A stretch of 64,000 nt of DNA from an uncultured Gemmatimonadales bacterium (lineage in GTDB: Bacteria; Gemmatimonadota; Gemmatimonadetes; JACCXV01; JAHWKZ01). Location: NCBI GenBank assembly GCA_947259315.1, contig CAMYLR010000011.1:72177-136176 (forward strand), given 5' to 3'. Below the pieces are notes generated by a model. That model saw only the letters and a program-made list of their open reading frames with translations, ran no database searches and had not been told where the DNA came from. This document shows positions 36,669 through 46,214 of this stretch, piece after piece; positions within the stretch are counted from its first letter, which is position 1, and each line of letters starts with the position of its first letter. The position numbers and the translations under genes are program-made.

Positions 36669-38470
36669 GTACGACCCAGCTGTTGGCGCCCAACGTAACC
36701 GCGCAGCACTGGGCCGATCCGAGCCATCCGGATGATCGCCCATTCATCCGGAGATACATCTTTTCAACCGATCACAAGACGATCGGAAACCAGTTCATGT
36801 TTATGAGCTTGTTCTTTCTGCTGGTTGGCGGAGCGCTGGCGATGATGATCCGTTGGCAGCTCGGTTGGCCGGGTCAGCCGATGCCCGGGGGAGGGGTGCT
36901 GCCCGAGACGATGGCGCCGGGCGGAATCCTGTTGCCCGAGTTCTACAACTCGCTGGTCACCATGCACGGCACGTTCATGATCTTCTTTGCCATCATGCCC
37001 TTGCTGGTAGGGATGTTCGGCAACTGGCTAATCCCGCTCCATGTCGGTGCTTCTGACATGGCGTTCCCGCGGCTCAACATGATGTCGTTTTGGTCGGCTG
37101 TCCCCGCGGGGTTCATCATGCTGGCCAGCTTCGTCGTCGAAGGTGGAGCCGCCGGGGCGGGGTGGACGGCTTATCCGCCACTGAGCGCGGTGCCGGAGTA
37201 CAGTGGGGTCTCGACCGGACAGCAACTTTGGTGTGTGAGCCTGATCATCCTCGGGTTCTCTTCGCTGATGGGGGCGGTCAACTACATCACTACGATCGTC
37301 AATATGCGCGCTCCCGGTATGACCTGGATGCGCATGCCGTTGCCGATCTGGTCGCTCTTTATCACCGCGATCTTGATCCTGCTGGCGATCCCGATCCTGG
37401 CTGGCGCAGCGATCATGTTGCTGTTCGACCAGACGATCGGCACGACGTTCTTCCTGCCCGAGGCCGGTGGTCAGCCGCTACTGTGGCAGCACCTGTTCTG
37501 GTACTTCGGCCACCCCGAGGTCTACATCCTGATCCTACCAGCGATGGGCGTCGCGTCCGAAGTGATCGCAAATGGATCACGCAAGCCGATCTTTGGTTAT
37601 CCCGCGATGGTCGGCGCGATCGTGGCTATCGCGTTCCTCGGTTGGATCGTGTGGGGACACCACATGTTCCAGAGCGGGATGAACCCGCTTCTGGGATCCA
37701 GCTTTATGCTGTCGACGATGATCATCGCCGTGCCTTCAGCGATCAAAGTGTTCAACTGGCTGGGTACGATTTGGCGCGGCGACATTCACTTCCATACGCC
37801 TATGTTGAACGCTCTAGCTTTCGTCGGGATGTTCGTGATCGGTGGATTGTCGGGCGTGTTCATGGCGTCGACGCCGGTCGACATTTACATCCACGACACG
37901 TACTTCATCGTCGCGCACCTCCATTACGTGCTGTTTGGCGGCAGCCTGTTCGCGATCTTCGCCGGGATCTACTTCTGGTTCCCGAAGTTCTTCGGCCGGA
38001 TGTTGAGCCCAACCCTCGGCAAGATTCACTTCGCACTCACGTTCGTGTTTTACAACCTGGTGTTCTTTCCGATGCATAATCTCGGGTTGGGCGGCATGAT
38101 GCGGCGCATCTATGACCCCAATCAGTACGGCTTCCTCGAGCCGCTTCAGCCGATGAACACGTTCGTGTCGGTGTTCGCGTTGGCACTCGGTGTGAGCCAG
38201 CTGGTGTTCTTCTTCAACATCCTCTGGTCGCTGTGGCGCGGAGAGAAAGCGCCAGAGAATCCGTGGCGGTCGAACTCGTTGGAGTGGAGCCTGGCGTCGC
38301 CGCCGCCGCACGGAAACTTCGAAGCGATGCCGGCGGTGTATCGCGGGCCATACGAGTACAGCTACCCCGGTCGAGGCGAGGACTTCTGGCTCCAGGGTGA
38401 GCCACCGGACGGCGGAGCGGTCCATGCGCCCACCGGTGGGGCACCGGTGGGCGAGGGGGTGCCCCAATGA
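36665..38470 (+). CDS. coxA: Cytochrome c oxidase subunit I (haem-copper oxidase, A-type)
   Basis: GHPEVYILILPAMG, WAHHMF-like HHMF block, ~12 TM helices; 601 aa. Confidence 0.9.
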   Translation: MSTTQLLAPNVTAQHWADPSHPDDRPFIRRYIFSTDHKTIGNQFMFMSLFFLLVGGALAMMIRWQLGWPGQPMPGGGVLPETMAPGGILLPEFYNSLVTMHGTFMIFFAIMPLLVGMFGNWLIPLHVGASDMAFPRLNMMSFWSAVPAGFIMLASFVVEGGAAGAGWTAYPPLSAVPEYSGVSTGQQLWCVSLIILGFSSLMGAVNYITTIVNMRAPGMTWMRMPLPIWSLFITAILILLAIPILAGAAIMLLFDQTIGTTFFLPEAGGQPLLWQHLFWYFGHPEVYILILPAMGVASEVIANGSRKPIFGYPAMVGAIVAIAFLGWIVWGHHMFQSGMNPLLGSSFMLSTMIIAVPSAIKVFNWLGTIWRGDIHFHTPMLNALAFVGMFVIGGLSGVFMASTPVDIYIHDTYFIVAHLHYVLFGGSLFAIFAGIYFWFPKFFGRMLSPTLGKIHFALTFVFYNLVFFPMHNLGLGGMMRRIYDPNQYGFLEPLQPMNTFVSVFALALGVSQLVFFFNILWSLWRGEKAPENPWRSNSLEWSLASPPPHGNFEAMPAVYRGPYEYSYPGRGEDFWLQGEPPDGGAVHAPTGGAPVGEGVPQ

Positions 38471-39096
38471 GCGAGGCGGCAGCCATTCACGCCCACGCTC
38501 CGCGCCCCATGGAGGGGATCCGGGTCTACAACGTGAAGCTCGGAATGTGGGTCTTCCTGCTGTCCGAGGTGATGTTTTTCAGCGGGCTGATCGGCGCGTA
38601 CATCATCCTGCGGTTTGCAAACCCAGAACAATGGGCGGCGCCGGGTGAGGTGCTAAACGTCACGCTGACGGCGTTCAACACGTTTATGCTGATCTGTAGC
38701 AGTGTAACGATGGTGAAGGCCTTTGCCGCGATCGAGCACGGCGATCAGGCCGGGCTCAAGAGGTGGCTGCTGGCGACGATCGTTCTGGGCGCGGCGTTTG
38801 TCGGCATTCAGGTCTTCGAGTACATCAAGCTCGCCGAGCACGGGTTTGTGCCGATGGCCAGCCAGTACGCTGCGGACGGCGGCGGGCCACTGTATGGCTC
38901 CACGTTCTACACGATGACCGGCTTCCACGGTGCGCACGTTACGATCGGCGTGCTGTGCCTCATCTTCACGTTGGTCAAGGCGCTACGCGGTCACTACACC
39001 GAGGAGTACTACTCGGGCGTGGAGATCATGGGGTTGTACTGGCACTTCGTGGATCTGGTTTGGATTATCTTGTTCACGATCGTTTACTTGATCTAG
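38467..39096 (+). CDS. coxC: Cytochrome c oxidase subunit III
   Basis: Subunit III motifs (FFSGLIGAYIILR..., GFHGAHVTIGVLCLI, MGLYWHFVDLVWIILFTIVYLI). Confidence 0.85.
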   Translation: MSEAAAIHAHAPRPMEGIRVYNVKLGMWVFLLSEVMFFSGLIGAYIILRFANPEQWAAPGEVLNVTLTAFNTFMLICSSVTMVKAFAAIEHGDQAGLKRWLLATIVLGAAFVGIQVFEYIKLAEHGFVPMASQYAADGGGPLYGSTFYTMTGFHGAHVTIGVLCLIFTLVKALRGHYTEEYYSGVEIMGLYWHFVDLVWIILFTIVYLI

Positions 39097-39105
39097 GACG
39101 TCGAC

Positions 39106-39375
39106 GTGGCTAACAAGAAACCGAACTACTACTTGGTCTGGTTGTACCTGTTGGTCCTGACGATCGCCGAGGTGGGAGTAGCCTTCTTGTCGGGGCTACC
39201 GTTCGAGGTGCTGGTCTTCATCCTGCTGTCGTTGGCGATCTGGAAAGCGGCGCTCGTAGCGATGTACTACATGCACCTTCGGTTCGAGCCGCCCCGGCTC
39301 GTTATCATCGCTCTGGCTCCCCTTCCGCTGGCGGTTCTGATCACGATCGTCGTGGTGACGATGGAGGTCTTCTGA
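39106..39375 (+). CDS. coxD: Prokaryotic cytochrome c oxidase subunit IV (COX4_pro)
   Basis: 89 aa, 3 TM. YYLVWLYLLVLTIAEV...MYYMHLRFE is typical of the bacterial subunit IV family. Confidence 0.7.
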   Translation: MANKKPNYYLVWLYLLVLTIAEVGVAFLSGLPFEVLVFILLSLAIWKAALVAMYYMHLRFEPPRLVIIALAPLPLAVLITIVVVTMEVF

Positions 39376-39386
39376 ACCCCGGGCTG

Positions 39387-39521
39387 ATGGAAGGGATGCT
39401 GTGGGCGGGGCTCGTCATGATCGGCGTCCCGCTATTGGTGGGCATCGGGGTCGCGATCGTGATCGTGCGCCATCGTTCTCGCTACCACTCAGAAACCCGA
39501 ACCGAGTCAGAGTCGAGGTAA
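39387..39521 (+). CDS. Unannotated 44-aa single-TM ORF at the tail of the cox operon
   Basis: ATGGAAGGGATGCTGTGGGCGGGGCTCGTCATGATCGGC... encodes MEGMLWAGLVMIGVPLLVGIGVAIVIVRHRSRYHSETRTESESR*. It is below the ORF-track size cut-off. One hydrophobic helix is followed by a basic tail, the shape of oxidase accessory micro-subunits. No strong RBS. Confidence 0.3.
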   Translation: MEGMLWAGLVMIGVPLLVGIGVAIVIVRHRSRYHSETRTESESR

Positions 39522-39525
39522 ACTG

Positions 39526-39723
39526 ATGGCTCGCTCCTCGCTGATCGGCTTTCATCGGGTGTTGATCGGGGCGGCCATTCTGTTCTGTATCGGATTCGCC
39601 GTGTGGATATGGTGGGCTGGACACAACACGGTGCTGGCGGTCGTGTTTGTCGTCCTCGGACTCGGGCTCAGCTACTACTTGAAGAACCTCCACCGCTTCG
39701 TCGATTACAAGGACGACAGCTAG
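39526..39723 (+). CDS. Small two-TM membrane protein (65 aa)
   Basis: GAGGT lies 7 nt before the ATG. The ATG sits 4 nt after the stop of the preceding mini-ORF. The product is hydrophobic (VLIGAAILFCIGFAVWIWW...VLAVVFVVLGLGLSYY). Confidence 0.4.
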   Translation: MARSSLIGFHRVLIGAAILFCIGFAVWIWWAGHNTVLAVVFVVLGLGLSYYLKNLHRFVDYKDDS

Positions 39724-39732
39724 CCCTAGCTA

Positions 39733-40263
39733 TTACTCGTCCCAAATCCGGTTGAAGTGCGTCAGCAACCGGGGGTGGCGGTACCATAGCCAGGCCGCCA
39801 TCCCGGCGGCAGCCAGCAGGTTCGCGACCGCGACGCCCCAAAACGCGATGCTTCCGAGCAATGGTTGGCCGATCGCCACCATGTAGACGTGGAAAGCGAC
39901 CTCGAAGAAGATAAAGAAGAAAACCAGGGCGATCCCGAGCGGTGGGATGCGCTCGATCTCGGTCACCAGAAACGACGCTACGACGCCGACGCCGATGAAC
40001 GCCGCGTGGTGCACGATCGTGTAAGCCGCGACCATACCCGGATCGATGACCGTGTGACCGGCAGCCGCTTCACCTCCCTTGAAGAGCACAGTTCCGAGGA
40101 GCGACGGGGTGTAGAGCGCCTGATACTGGACTACGTCGAGGAACAGGAACCAAGCGGCAACGATCCCGGCACCGATCATCCCGGTCACAAAGCCTTCGAT
40201 CAGGACGTTTGGGGCGGAAGCGGGTGGGACGATGGGTCGTGTTGCTGAAGGGGCGTCGGTCAT
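39733..40263 (-). CDS. Four/five-TM membrane protein at the end of the reverse-strand cox operon (possibly DUF420/CtaM-like)
   Basis: ATG at 40263 (MTDAPSATRP...) preceded by GGGAGGT. The track ORF runs on to 40602 but overlaps coxD. His-containing TM helices. The functional assignment is speculative. Confidence 0.45.
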   Translation of the reverse strand: MTDAPSATRPIVPPASAPNVLIEGFVTGMIGAGIVAAWFLFLDVVQYQALYTPSLLGTVLFKGGEAAAGHTVIDPGMVAAYTIVHHAAFIGVGVVASFLVTEIERIPPLGIALVFFFIFFEVAFHVYMVAIGQPLLGSIAFWGVAVANLLAAAGMAAWLWYRHPRLLTHFNRIWDE

Positions 40264-40337
40264 TGTACCTCCCGAAGCGCGAGTGGAAGGCAGATGATGG
40301 CCGGGCGTCTGCTGTGACGCAAGCCTGATCCCATCGA

Positions 40338-40655
40338 TCAGGCCGGCGCCATCAGCCTCAGCGCCCCGAACAGCAGCATGAGGGCGAGGATGATGGCCGC
40401 GGCAACGACCAGCCCGGTCGACAGAATCGCGGTCAAGATCGGCCGATCGTACCGCAGGTGCATGAAGAACATCGCCACCAGCGCGAACTTCGTCGCCGAG
40501 AGTACCAACAGAATCGGCGCGATCACTGTTCGCAGGAACGGGATGTAGAACACCGCCACCTCGAGCAGCGTGATGATCGCCAAGATGAGCGCCACCAGCC
40601 AATACGTGCTTCGGCTGGCGTGAGCACCACTGTGATGTTCAGCGATCTCGTTCAT
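40338..40655 (-). CDS. coxD: Prokaryotic cytochrome c oxidase subunit IV
   Basis: 105 aa. YWLVALILAIITLLEVAVFYIP...MFFMHLRYD is COX4_pro-like. Confidence 0.7.
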   Translation of the reverse strand: MNEIAEHHSGAHASRSTYWLVALILAIITLLEVAVFYIPFLRTVIAPILLVLSATKFALVAMFFMHLRYDRPILTAILSTGLVVAAAIILALMLLFGALRLMAPA

Positions 40656-40668
40656 GCGCGCGCACCCC

Positions 40669-41241
40669 TCATTGGATGAGGTATACGACCGTAAAGATCA
40701 CGATCCACACCACATCTACGAAATGCCAATACAACCCCGCGACCTCCACGTCAAGGCTTCGCTCTGGTCCCAGCCGTCCACGGAACGCCATGACGAGCAG
40801 CGTCGCCATCCAGATCACGCCGACCGTCACGTGGGCGCCGTGGAAACCGGTGAGCACGAAGAAGGTCGAGCCGAAGAGGTTTTGCTGGAGGGTCAATCCC
40901 TCGTGGTAGAAATGCGAGAACTCGTAAACCTGACCCGCCAGGAAGATACCCCCGAGGACGATGACGCCGCCGATCCAGATCTTCGCCTGACGCGTGTCAT
41001 CGCGCTGGACGGCGTCCAGGGCCAGCACCATGGCGAGGCTCGACATGAGTAGTACGAAAGTCGAGACCGACGTCAGTGGGATGTTGAGGATTTCGGCCGG
41101 TGTGGGGCCGACCACGCTTTTTCCTTTGTAGGAGAGATACGTCGCGATCAGCGACCCGAAAAACATGCACTCGGATCCAATGAACACCCACATCGCCATC
41201 TTACGGTGCGGAACTCCGAACGTCGTTGCGTGCGTGCTCAT
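40669..41241 (-). CDS. coxC: Cytochrome c oxidase subunit III
   Basis: GFHGAHVTVGVIWMATLL, GLYWHFVDVVWIVIFTVVYLI. The start overlaps the coxA stop (ATGA). Confidence 0.85.
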   Translation of the reverse strand: MSTHATTFGVPHRKMAMWVFIGSECMFFGSLIATYLSYKGKSVVGPTPAEILNIPLTSVSTFVLLMSSLAMVLALDAVQRDDTRQAKIWIGGVIVLGGIFLAGQVYEFSHFYHEGLTLQQNLFGSTFFVLTGFHGAHVTVGVIWMATLLVMAFRGRLGPERSLDVEVAGLYWHFVDVVWIVIFTVVYLIQ

Positions 41242-43124
41242 TCGGTCCCTCTCGCCGGCTCAAATATGGGGTTCCCCGGGCGCTCTAGCGGCTGGAAGGC
41301 CCACCAGTAGACGGCGACCACGAGCACCGCTACTCCCGCTAGCACAGGTAGCAAACCGACCATCGTTCCGCCGCCGGCGAGCGTAAGCCCGGCCGCGGCC
41401 ACCAGCGGCCAGTGGCTGGGCGAAGGCAACTCGATCCGTTCGACAGGGTGATCGGGCTGGGGTGGGGTGCCGTCTTCCCTGGTGTGGGTCGAGATGTCCC
41501 TGGTCGGGCCGTACTTGTGGAGCCACAGCGGTCGCGCGCTGTTGACGGTCGGAATGACGGCGAAATTGTACTCGGGCGGTGGCGAGCTCATCGACCACTC
41601 GAGCGTGGCTCCATCCCACGGATCCGGCGTGGCCGCTTCTCCCGATCGCAGACTGCGCACCAGGTTTACGTAGAACAACAAAACGCCGAGCGTGAGAACG
41701 AAGGCGCCAACGGTCGCCATCAGGTTCCACTGTTCCCACCCGGCCCCGGCTGGGTAGGTGTAGATCCGCCGCGCCATGCCGTCGAGACCGAGAAAGTGCA
41801 TCGGGAAGAACGTCAGGTTCATGCCCAGGAACATGACCCAGAAGCTGAGCTTCCCGAGCCCCTCACCGAGCATCCGGCCGGTGACCTTGGGCCACCAGTA
41901 ACAGACGCCGGCCAGGAGACCAAACACCGTGCCGCCAAAGAACACGTAGTGCAGGTGCGCGACCACGAAGTACGAATCGTGCTGCTGCAGGTCGATCGGC
42001 GCCGATGCGTGCATGATTCCAGACAGCCCGCCGACGATGAACAGCGCCACCATGCCAACGGCGAAGTAGAGCGGCGTCCGCATGACGATATGGCCGCCCC
42101 ACAGCGTTCCGATCCAGTTGAAGATCTTTACACCGGTTGGGATCGCGATCAGCATCGTACCGAGCGAGAACGCGGTGTCGGCGATCGGTCCCAGGCCGGT
42201 CGTGAACATGTGATGGCTCCACACCCCAAAACCGAGGAAACCGATCAAGATCCCCGAGAAGATCACAAACGGCGCCCCAAACAGCGGCTTCCGCGAGAAG
42301 GTGGGAAGGATCTCCGATACGATGCCAAAGGACGGCAGAATCAGGATGTAGACCTCGGGATGTCCGAAGATCCAGAATAAGTGCTGCCACAGCACCGGCG
42401 TCCCGCCTGCGGCCGCGACGTAGAAGTTGGTGTCAAAAAAGCGGTCGAACAGCAGGAAGATGAGGCCCACTGTGATGGCCGGAAACGCCAGCAACATGAG
42501 GATCTGAACGATCAACGCCATCCACACGAATAGCGGCATCCGCATCAGCGACATGCCTGGTGCTCGCATGTTGAGAGCCGTGACCGTGAAGTTGACCCCC
42601 GAGGCGATCGAGGCGATGCCCATGATCTGCAGGCTCAACACCCAGAAATCGATTCCGAGTCCTGGGTTGTACTGCTTGGACGTCAGATTGGCGTAGCCAA
42701 ACCAGCCCGCATCTGGGGCTTGATTCACGAAAAACGCCAGGTTCAGCAAGATCGCGCCAAAGAACCAGGTCCAGAACGAGAACGCGTTCAGCCGCGGGAA
42801 CGCGACATCTCGAGCGCCGACCATGAGCGGGATCAAGAAGTTGAACATCGCGGCCGCCAGCGGCATGAGCACCAGGAACACCATGGTGGTCCCGTGCATC
42901 GTGAACAGCTGGTTGTAGGCGTCCGCGCCGACGACCGCTCCTTCGGGCGCAGCGAGCTGGAGCCGGATGATGAGCGCTTCCACGCCGCCAACGATGAAGT
43001 AGAGCAGGGCCGTGGCCCCGTACATGACACCGATTCGCTTGTGATCGACGGTGGTCAGCCACGAGGCGATGGATCCGGAGTAGATCGACTCGTGCTGCAC
43101 GGTGTCCGTTGGCGCAGCGTTCAT
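41238..43124 (-). CDS. coxA: Cytochrome c oxidase subunit I
   Basis: ATG 43124 (MNAAPTDTVQHESIYSGSIASWLTTVDHKRIGVMY...) overlaps the coxB stop, with GAGGAG upstream. GHPEVYILILP, HHMF. The upstream 100 codons of the track ORF are a read-through artefact. Confidence 0.9.
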   Translation of the reverse strand: MNAAPTDTVQHESIYSGSIASWLTTVDHKRIGVMYGATALLYFIVGGVEALIIRLQLAAPEGAVVGADAYNQLFTMHGTTMVFLVLMPLAAAMFNFLIPLMVGARDVAFPRLNAFSFWTWFFGAILLNLAFFVNQAPDAGWFGYANLTSKQYNPGLGIDFWVLSLQIMGIASIASGVNFTVTALNMRAPGMSLMRMPLFVWMALIVQILMLLAFPAITVGLIFLLFDRFFDTNFYVAAAGGTPVLWQHLFWIFGHPEVYILILPSFGIVSEILPTFSRKPLFGAPFVIFSGILIGFLGFGVWSHHMFTTGLGPIADTAFSLGTMLIAIPTGVKIFNWIGTLWGGHIVMRTPLYFAVGMVALFIVGGLSGIMHASAPIDLQQHDSYFVVAHLHYVFFGGTVFGLLAGVCYWWPKVTGRMLGEGLGKLSFWVMFLGMNLTFFPMHFLGLDGMARRIYTYPAGAGWEQWNLMATVGAFVLTLGVLLFYVNLVRSLRSGEAATPDPWDGATLEWSMSSPPPEYNFAVIPTVNSARPLWLHKYGPTRDISTHTREDGTPPQPDHPVERIELPSPSHWPLVAAAGLTLAGGGTMVGLLPVLAGVAVLVVAVYWWAFQPLERPGNPIFEPARGTE

Positions 43125-44206
43125 CGTAGGCTCCTCAGATAGGCGACCAAGCTCGCGATACGCTCTTCTGAGAGGTTGAGGTTTGGCATCCGAACGCCCG
43201 GCTTGATGCTTTCGGGGTCCCGCAGCCAGGCTGCCAGCTGGTCCGGTTCGTTGGCGAGCAGCCCGGAGGCGATCGTCGATCGGCTTCCGAACTTGGTCAG
43301 ATCGGGTCCGATCTTGGCTTGCGCAGGTGTTCCGGCGATCGCGTGACAGGCGGCGCAACCGGAAGAGAGAAACGCTTGCAGACCAACGGAATCCTGCACT
43401 GCCGGCCGGCGCTGCTGCTCGACCCATGCGTCGAACGAGTCGGCCGTTTCAACGAACACTTTCAACCGCATGTTGGCGTGCGACGTACCGCATAGCTCGG
43501 CGCATTGGCCAATGAACACGCCGACGGAATCGGGCGTGAACCAAAGCTTGTTTTCGCTGCCCGGGTTGAGATCGCGCTTGCCTCCCAGCCGCGGCACCCA
43601 AAACGAGTGGATCACATCGGCTGACGCCAGCGCGAGGTTGGCTGTTCGTCCGACTGGCAAATGGAGCTCGTTGGCGGTCACGATCCCGAGATCGGGATAC
43701 TCGAACTCCCACCACCACTGATGACCGATCACCGCTATTTCGATTCTGTCGGCTGGCGGCTTCTGCTGGACCTCGAAGATCGTGCGCACGGTGGGAATCG
43801 CGATGAAGAACAGGATCGCAGCCGGTACCAACGTCCAGGCGATCTCGAGCGCGGTGAAGCCGTGCACCTGGTCGGGTACGCCCGAGTCGCCGGGCCGGCG
43901 CCGATAGCGGATGATCGCGTAGACGAGGAGCAGTTCGACGACGACAAAAATCCCCGCTGTCCAGAACCACACTGTCTTGTACACATCCTGAATCGAACGT
44001 GACAGATCGGAGGCCGGTTGTATGGTCGACCAATCAGGGACGTCGGCGAGGCCACACGCCGCGAGCGAGCCCCCCAGGACCAAGAGCGCGACTGCGGAGC
44101 AGAGCCCACGCCCTGACGAGATGCTTCTAGGCTGTGGTGACCGCGGCTCCACGTGCCCCCTCAATGCGTGCGCGATGGTTGTCGAAGGCGGAAAAATCGC
44201 CGACAC
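43121..44206 (-). CDS. coxB: Cytochrome c oxidase subunit II with a fused C-terminal cytochrome c domain (caa3-type)
   Basis: Signal peptide plus TM. CuA site (GQCAELCGTSHANM). C-terminal CAACHAIAGTP...M haem c domain. Confidence 0.85.
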   Translation of the reverse strand: MSAIFPPSTTIAHALRGHVEPRSPQPRSISSGRGLCSAVALLVLGGSLAACGLADVPDWSTIQPASDLSRSIQDVYKTVWFWTAGIFVVVELLLVYAIIRYRRRPGDSGVPDQVHGFTALEIAWTLVPAAILFFIAIPTVRTIFEVQQKPPADRIEIAVIGHQWWWEFEYPDLGIVTANELHLPVGRTANLALASADVIHSFWVPRLGGKRDLNPGSENKLWFTPDSVGVFIGQCAELCGTSHANMRLKVFVETADSFDAWVEQQRRPAVQDSVGLQAFLSSGCAACHAIAGTPAQAKIGPDLTKFGSRSTIASGLLANEPDQLAAWLRDPESIKPGVRMPNLNLSEERIASLVAYLRSLR

Positions 44207-44346
44207 TCTACCCAGACCCGCGGGGCGCCGTCAAGGTGGGGAACCTCTCTCCGCCTCGAGGGGTTTACATAGTGCTGGTCCGCAGGAAGGCTCGGGGGAT
44301 AGGTTTCCCGGACGTTACGGATCGAGAAAATACCGGGAGGAACACA

Positions 44347-45966
44347 ATGTTCGTTCGTCGTCTAGTGCAGACATCCACAACGCTCGTGGCGTTATTCTTA
44401 CTCTCCGGTGGTGGGGCGGCTTCGCTTCACGCCCAGGCTCCGGACGACGATCGTTTTGTGATCGCCGTGCTACCGTTCGTCTCGGCCGATGATGGGAAAG
44501 CCAAGGACCTGCAGGAAGAGATCATCGCTGAGTTGAATGATCTCGGCCCCTACACACTGGTCGCCGAGGACGAAGTCAACGACGCGGTGGAGCAGAACGG
44601 TTTCAAGCCAGGCTCGCCGATTCCCGACGTCAAGACGCTCGAGATCGCTCAGTCGCTGGAAGCCAAAATCGTCGCCCGTGGCACACTCGATCGCCAGGGT
44701 GACATGTGGATCGCCAAGTCGACTTTCGTCGACGTTGCGACCCGCAACACCCAGCACCTGCCGCAGGTCACTGACTCCGACATAGACGACTTGGGCGAAA
44801 GCCTGGTGGAAGCGTTCAACGCCCGGAACCAAGCCGATAAGCACATCATCTTCGGTCGCGACTACATGCGATCGGAGAATCACGAACGGGCGATCTCGAA
44901 CTTCGAGCAGGCGCTCGAGTACGATCCGGGACTGGCGCTGGCCTACTTCTTCATGGGCCAGTCGTACTTGGAGCGAGATATGGTCGACCCGGCCCTCGTA
45001 GCGTTGGAGAAGGCGATCGAGCTCGACCCGGCGTACATCAACGCCTACCACTCGATCGGTGAGGCCTACCTCGAAAAAGGCGATACAACACATGCCCGTG
45101 ACTTCTTCGAGGAGTTGATCCGCCGCAAGAGCGACGATTGCGATATCCAGGTCGCTTATGGCTACGTGATGGCCAATCAGCTACAGGAAATCGAGAAGGG
45201 TTTGGCGGCGTTCGAGCAGGCGACGACACTCTGTCCGAATAATGCAGCCGCTCATCAGTACTTGGCCTATGCGTTGCCGGACGACCGTCGGGACGAGAAG
45301 ATCGCCAATCTCAAGAAGTACCTGGAGCTCTCGGCCGGCGGCGCGACCGATCCCGAAGCGTTGCAGTTTCTTTTTGGTCTCTACTTTGCAAATGAGCAAT
45401 ACGAGGAGGCGAGAGCCACCGCCGACGAGGCGCTAGCTGCCGATCCGGGCAATGCCAACCTGCTGGGTTCGGCCGGGTACGTTCAATACAAGCTCGGCGA
45501 GTACAACTCCGCGATCGATTATTACAATCGAGCGCTGGAGGTCAATCCCGATTTCGAGCGCAACACGGTTGAGTTCGCCAAGGATCTCGAGCGCGCCGGC
45601 AAAGGGCAATCGAGCGCGATCCTGGCCAATATCTTCCTCAAGGACGCCTCCGATGCGCTGAAGGGCGGCCGCTACGGTGCAGCCCTCGAGTTCCTGGGCC
45701 AGGCCTCGCGACTTGGGGGCAATTCGTGCGCGATCTCCTATTACCGCGGAGATGCCTATTATCGGATGGCGAAGGCGCTCCAGGGGGAGGACAAGTCGAT
45801 CCCGCAGAACGAGCGGTCGCGGTCGCTGTTCACGACGGCGATCTCGCACCTCCGGAACGCTTGTGGCGATTACGCATCCTATGGGCAGGGTCTGATCGGG
45901 AACTCGAACCAGTATATCGAGCGGGTCGATTTGATCATCAAGAAGCTGAGCCGACAGGGCGGGTAA
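44347..45966 (+). CDS. Secreted TPR-repeat protein
   Basis: ATG 44347 lies after GGGAGG. Signal peptide ...ASLHAQA. Multiple TPR units (AISNFEQALEYDPGLALAYFFMGQSYLE, ALVALEKAIELDPAYINAYHSIGEAYLEKGD, AIDYYNRALEVNPDF...). The track ORF start at 44134 is an upstream extension. Confidence 0.7.
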   Translation: MFVRRLVQTSTTLVALFLLSGGGAASLHAQAPDDDRFVIAVLPFVSADDGKAKDLQEEIIAELNDLGPYTLVAEDEVNDAVEQNGFKPGSPIPDVKTLEIAQSLEAKIVARGTLDRQGDMWIAKSTFVDVATRNTQHLPQVTDSDIDDLGESLVEAFNARNQADKHIIFGRDYMRSENHERAISNFEQALEYDPGLALAYFFMGQSYLERDMVDPALVALEKAIELDPAYINAYHSIGEAYLEKGDTTHARDFFEELIRRKSDDCDIQVAYGYVMANQLQEIEKGLAAFEQATTLCPNNAAAHQYLAYALPDDRRDEKIANLKKYLELSAGGATDPEALQFLFGLYFANEQYEEARATADEALAADPGNANLLGSAGYVQYKLGEYNSAIDYYNRALEVNPDFERNTVEFAKDLERAGKGQSSAILANIFLKDASDALKGGRYGAALEFLGQASRLGGNSCAISYYRGDAYYRMAKALQGEDKSIPQNERSRSLFTTAISHLRNACGDYASYGQGLIGNSNQYIERVDLIIKKLSRQGG

Positions 45967-46026
45967 TCCTGTGGTCCAGCTGTTCAAGCCGAACGGGCCG
46001 CCCTTTCGAGAGTGGCCCGTTTTGCG

Positions 46027-46055
46027 TTGACACTTTCGCCCGGGTTCCGTAGGTT
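46027..46055 (+). promoter_or_regulatory. Candidate promoter for tRNA-Asp: TTGACA, 17-nt spacer, TAGGTT
   Basis: gcgTTGACActttcgcccgggttccgTAGGTTctc lies ~50 nt upstream of the tRNA. It is preceded by a hairpin (ACGGGCC...GGCCCGTTTTG) that may terminate the TPR gene. Confidence 0.3.
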
Positions 46056-46102
46056 CTCTCCCCTGCATTTCTTAAGCGTTCGTTCGTCATTCATGCACGC
46101 GC

Positions 46103-46180
<78 letters not shown>

Positions 46181-46214
46181 TGCAAACAAGCTTGCCCCAA
46201 ACCGTTTCCCGCCG

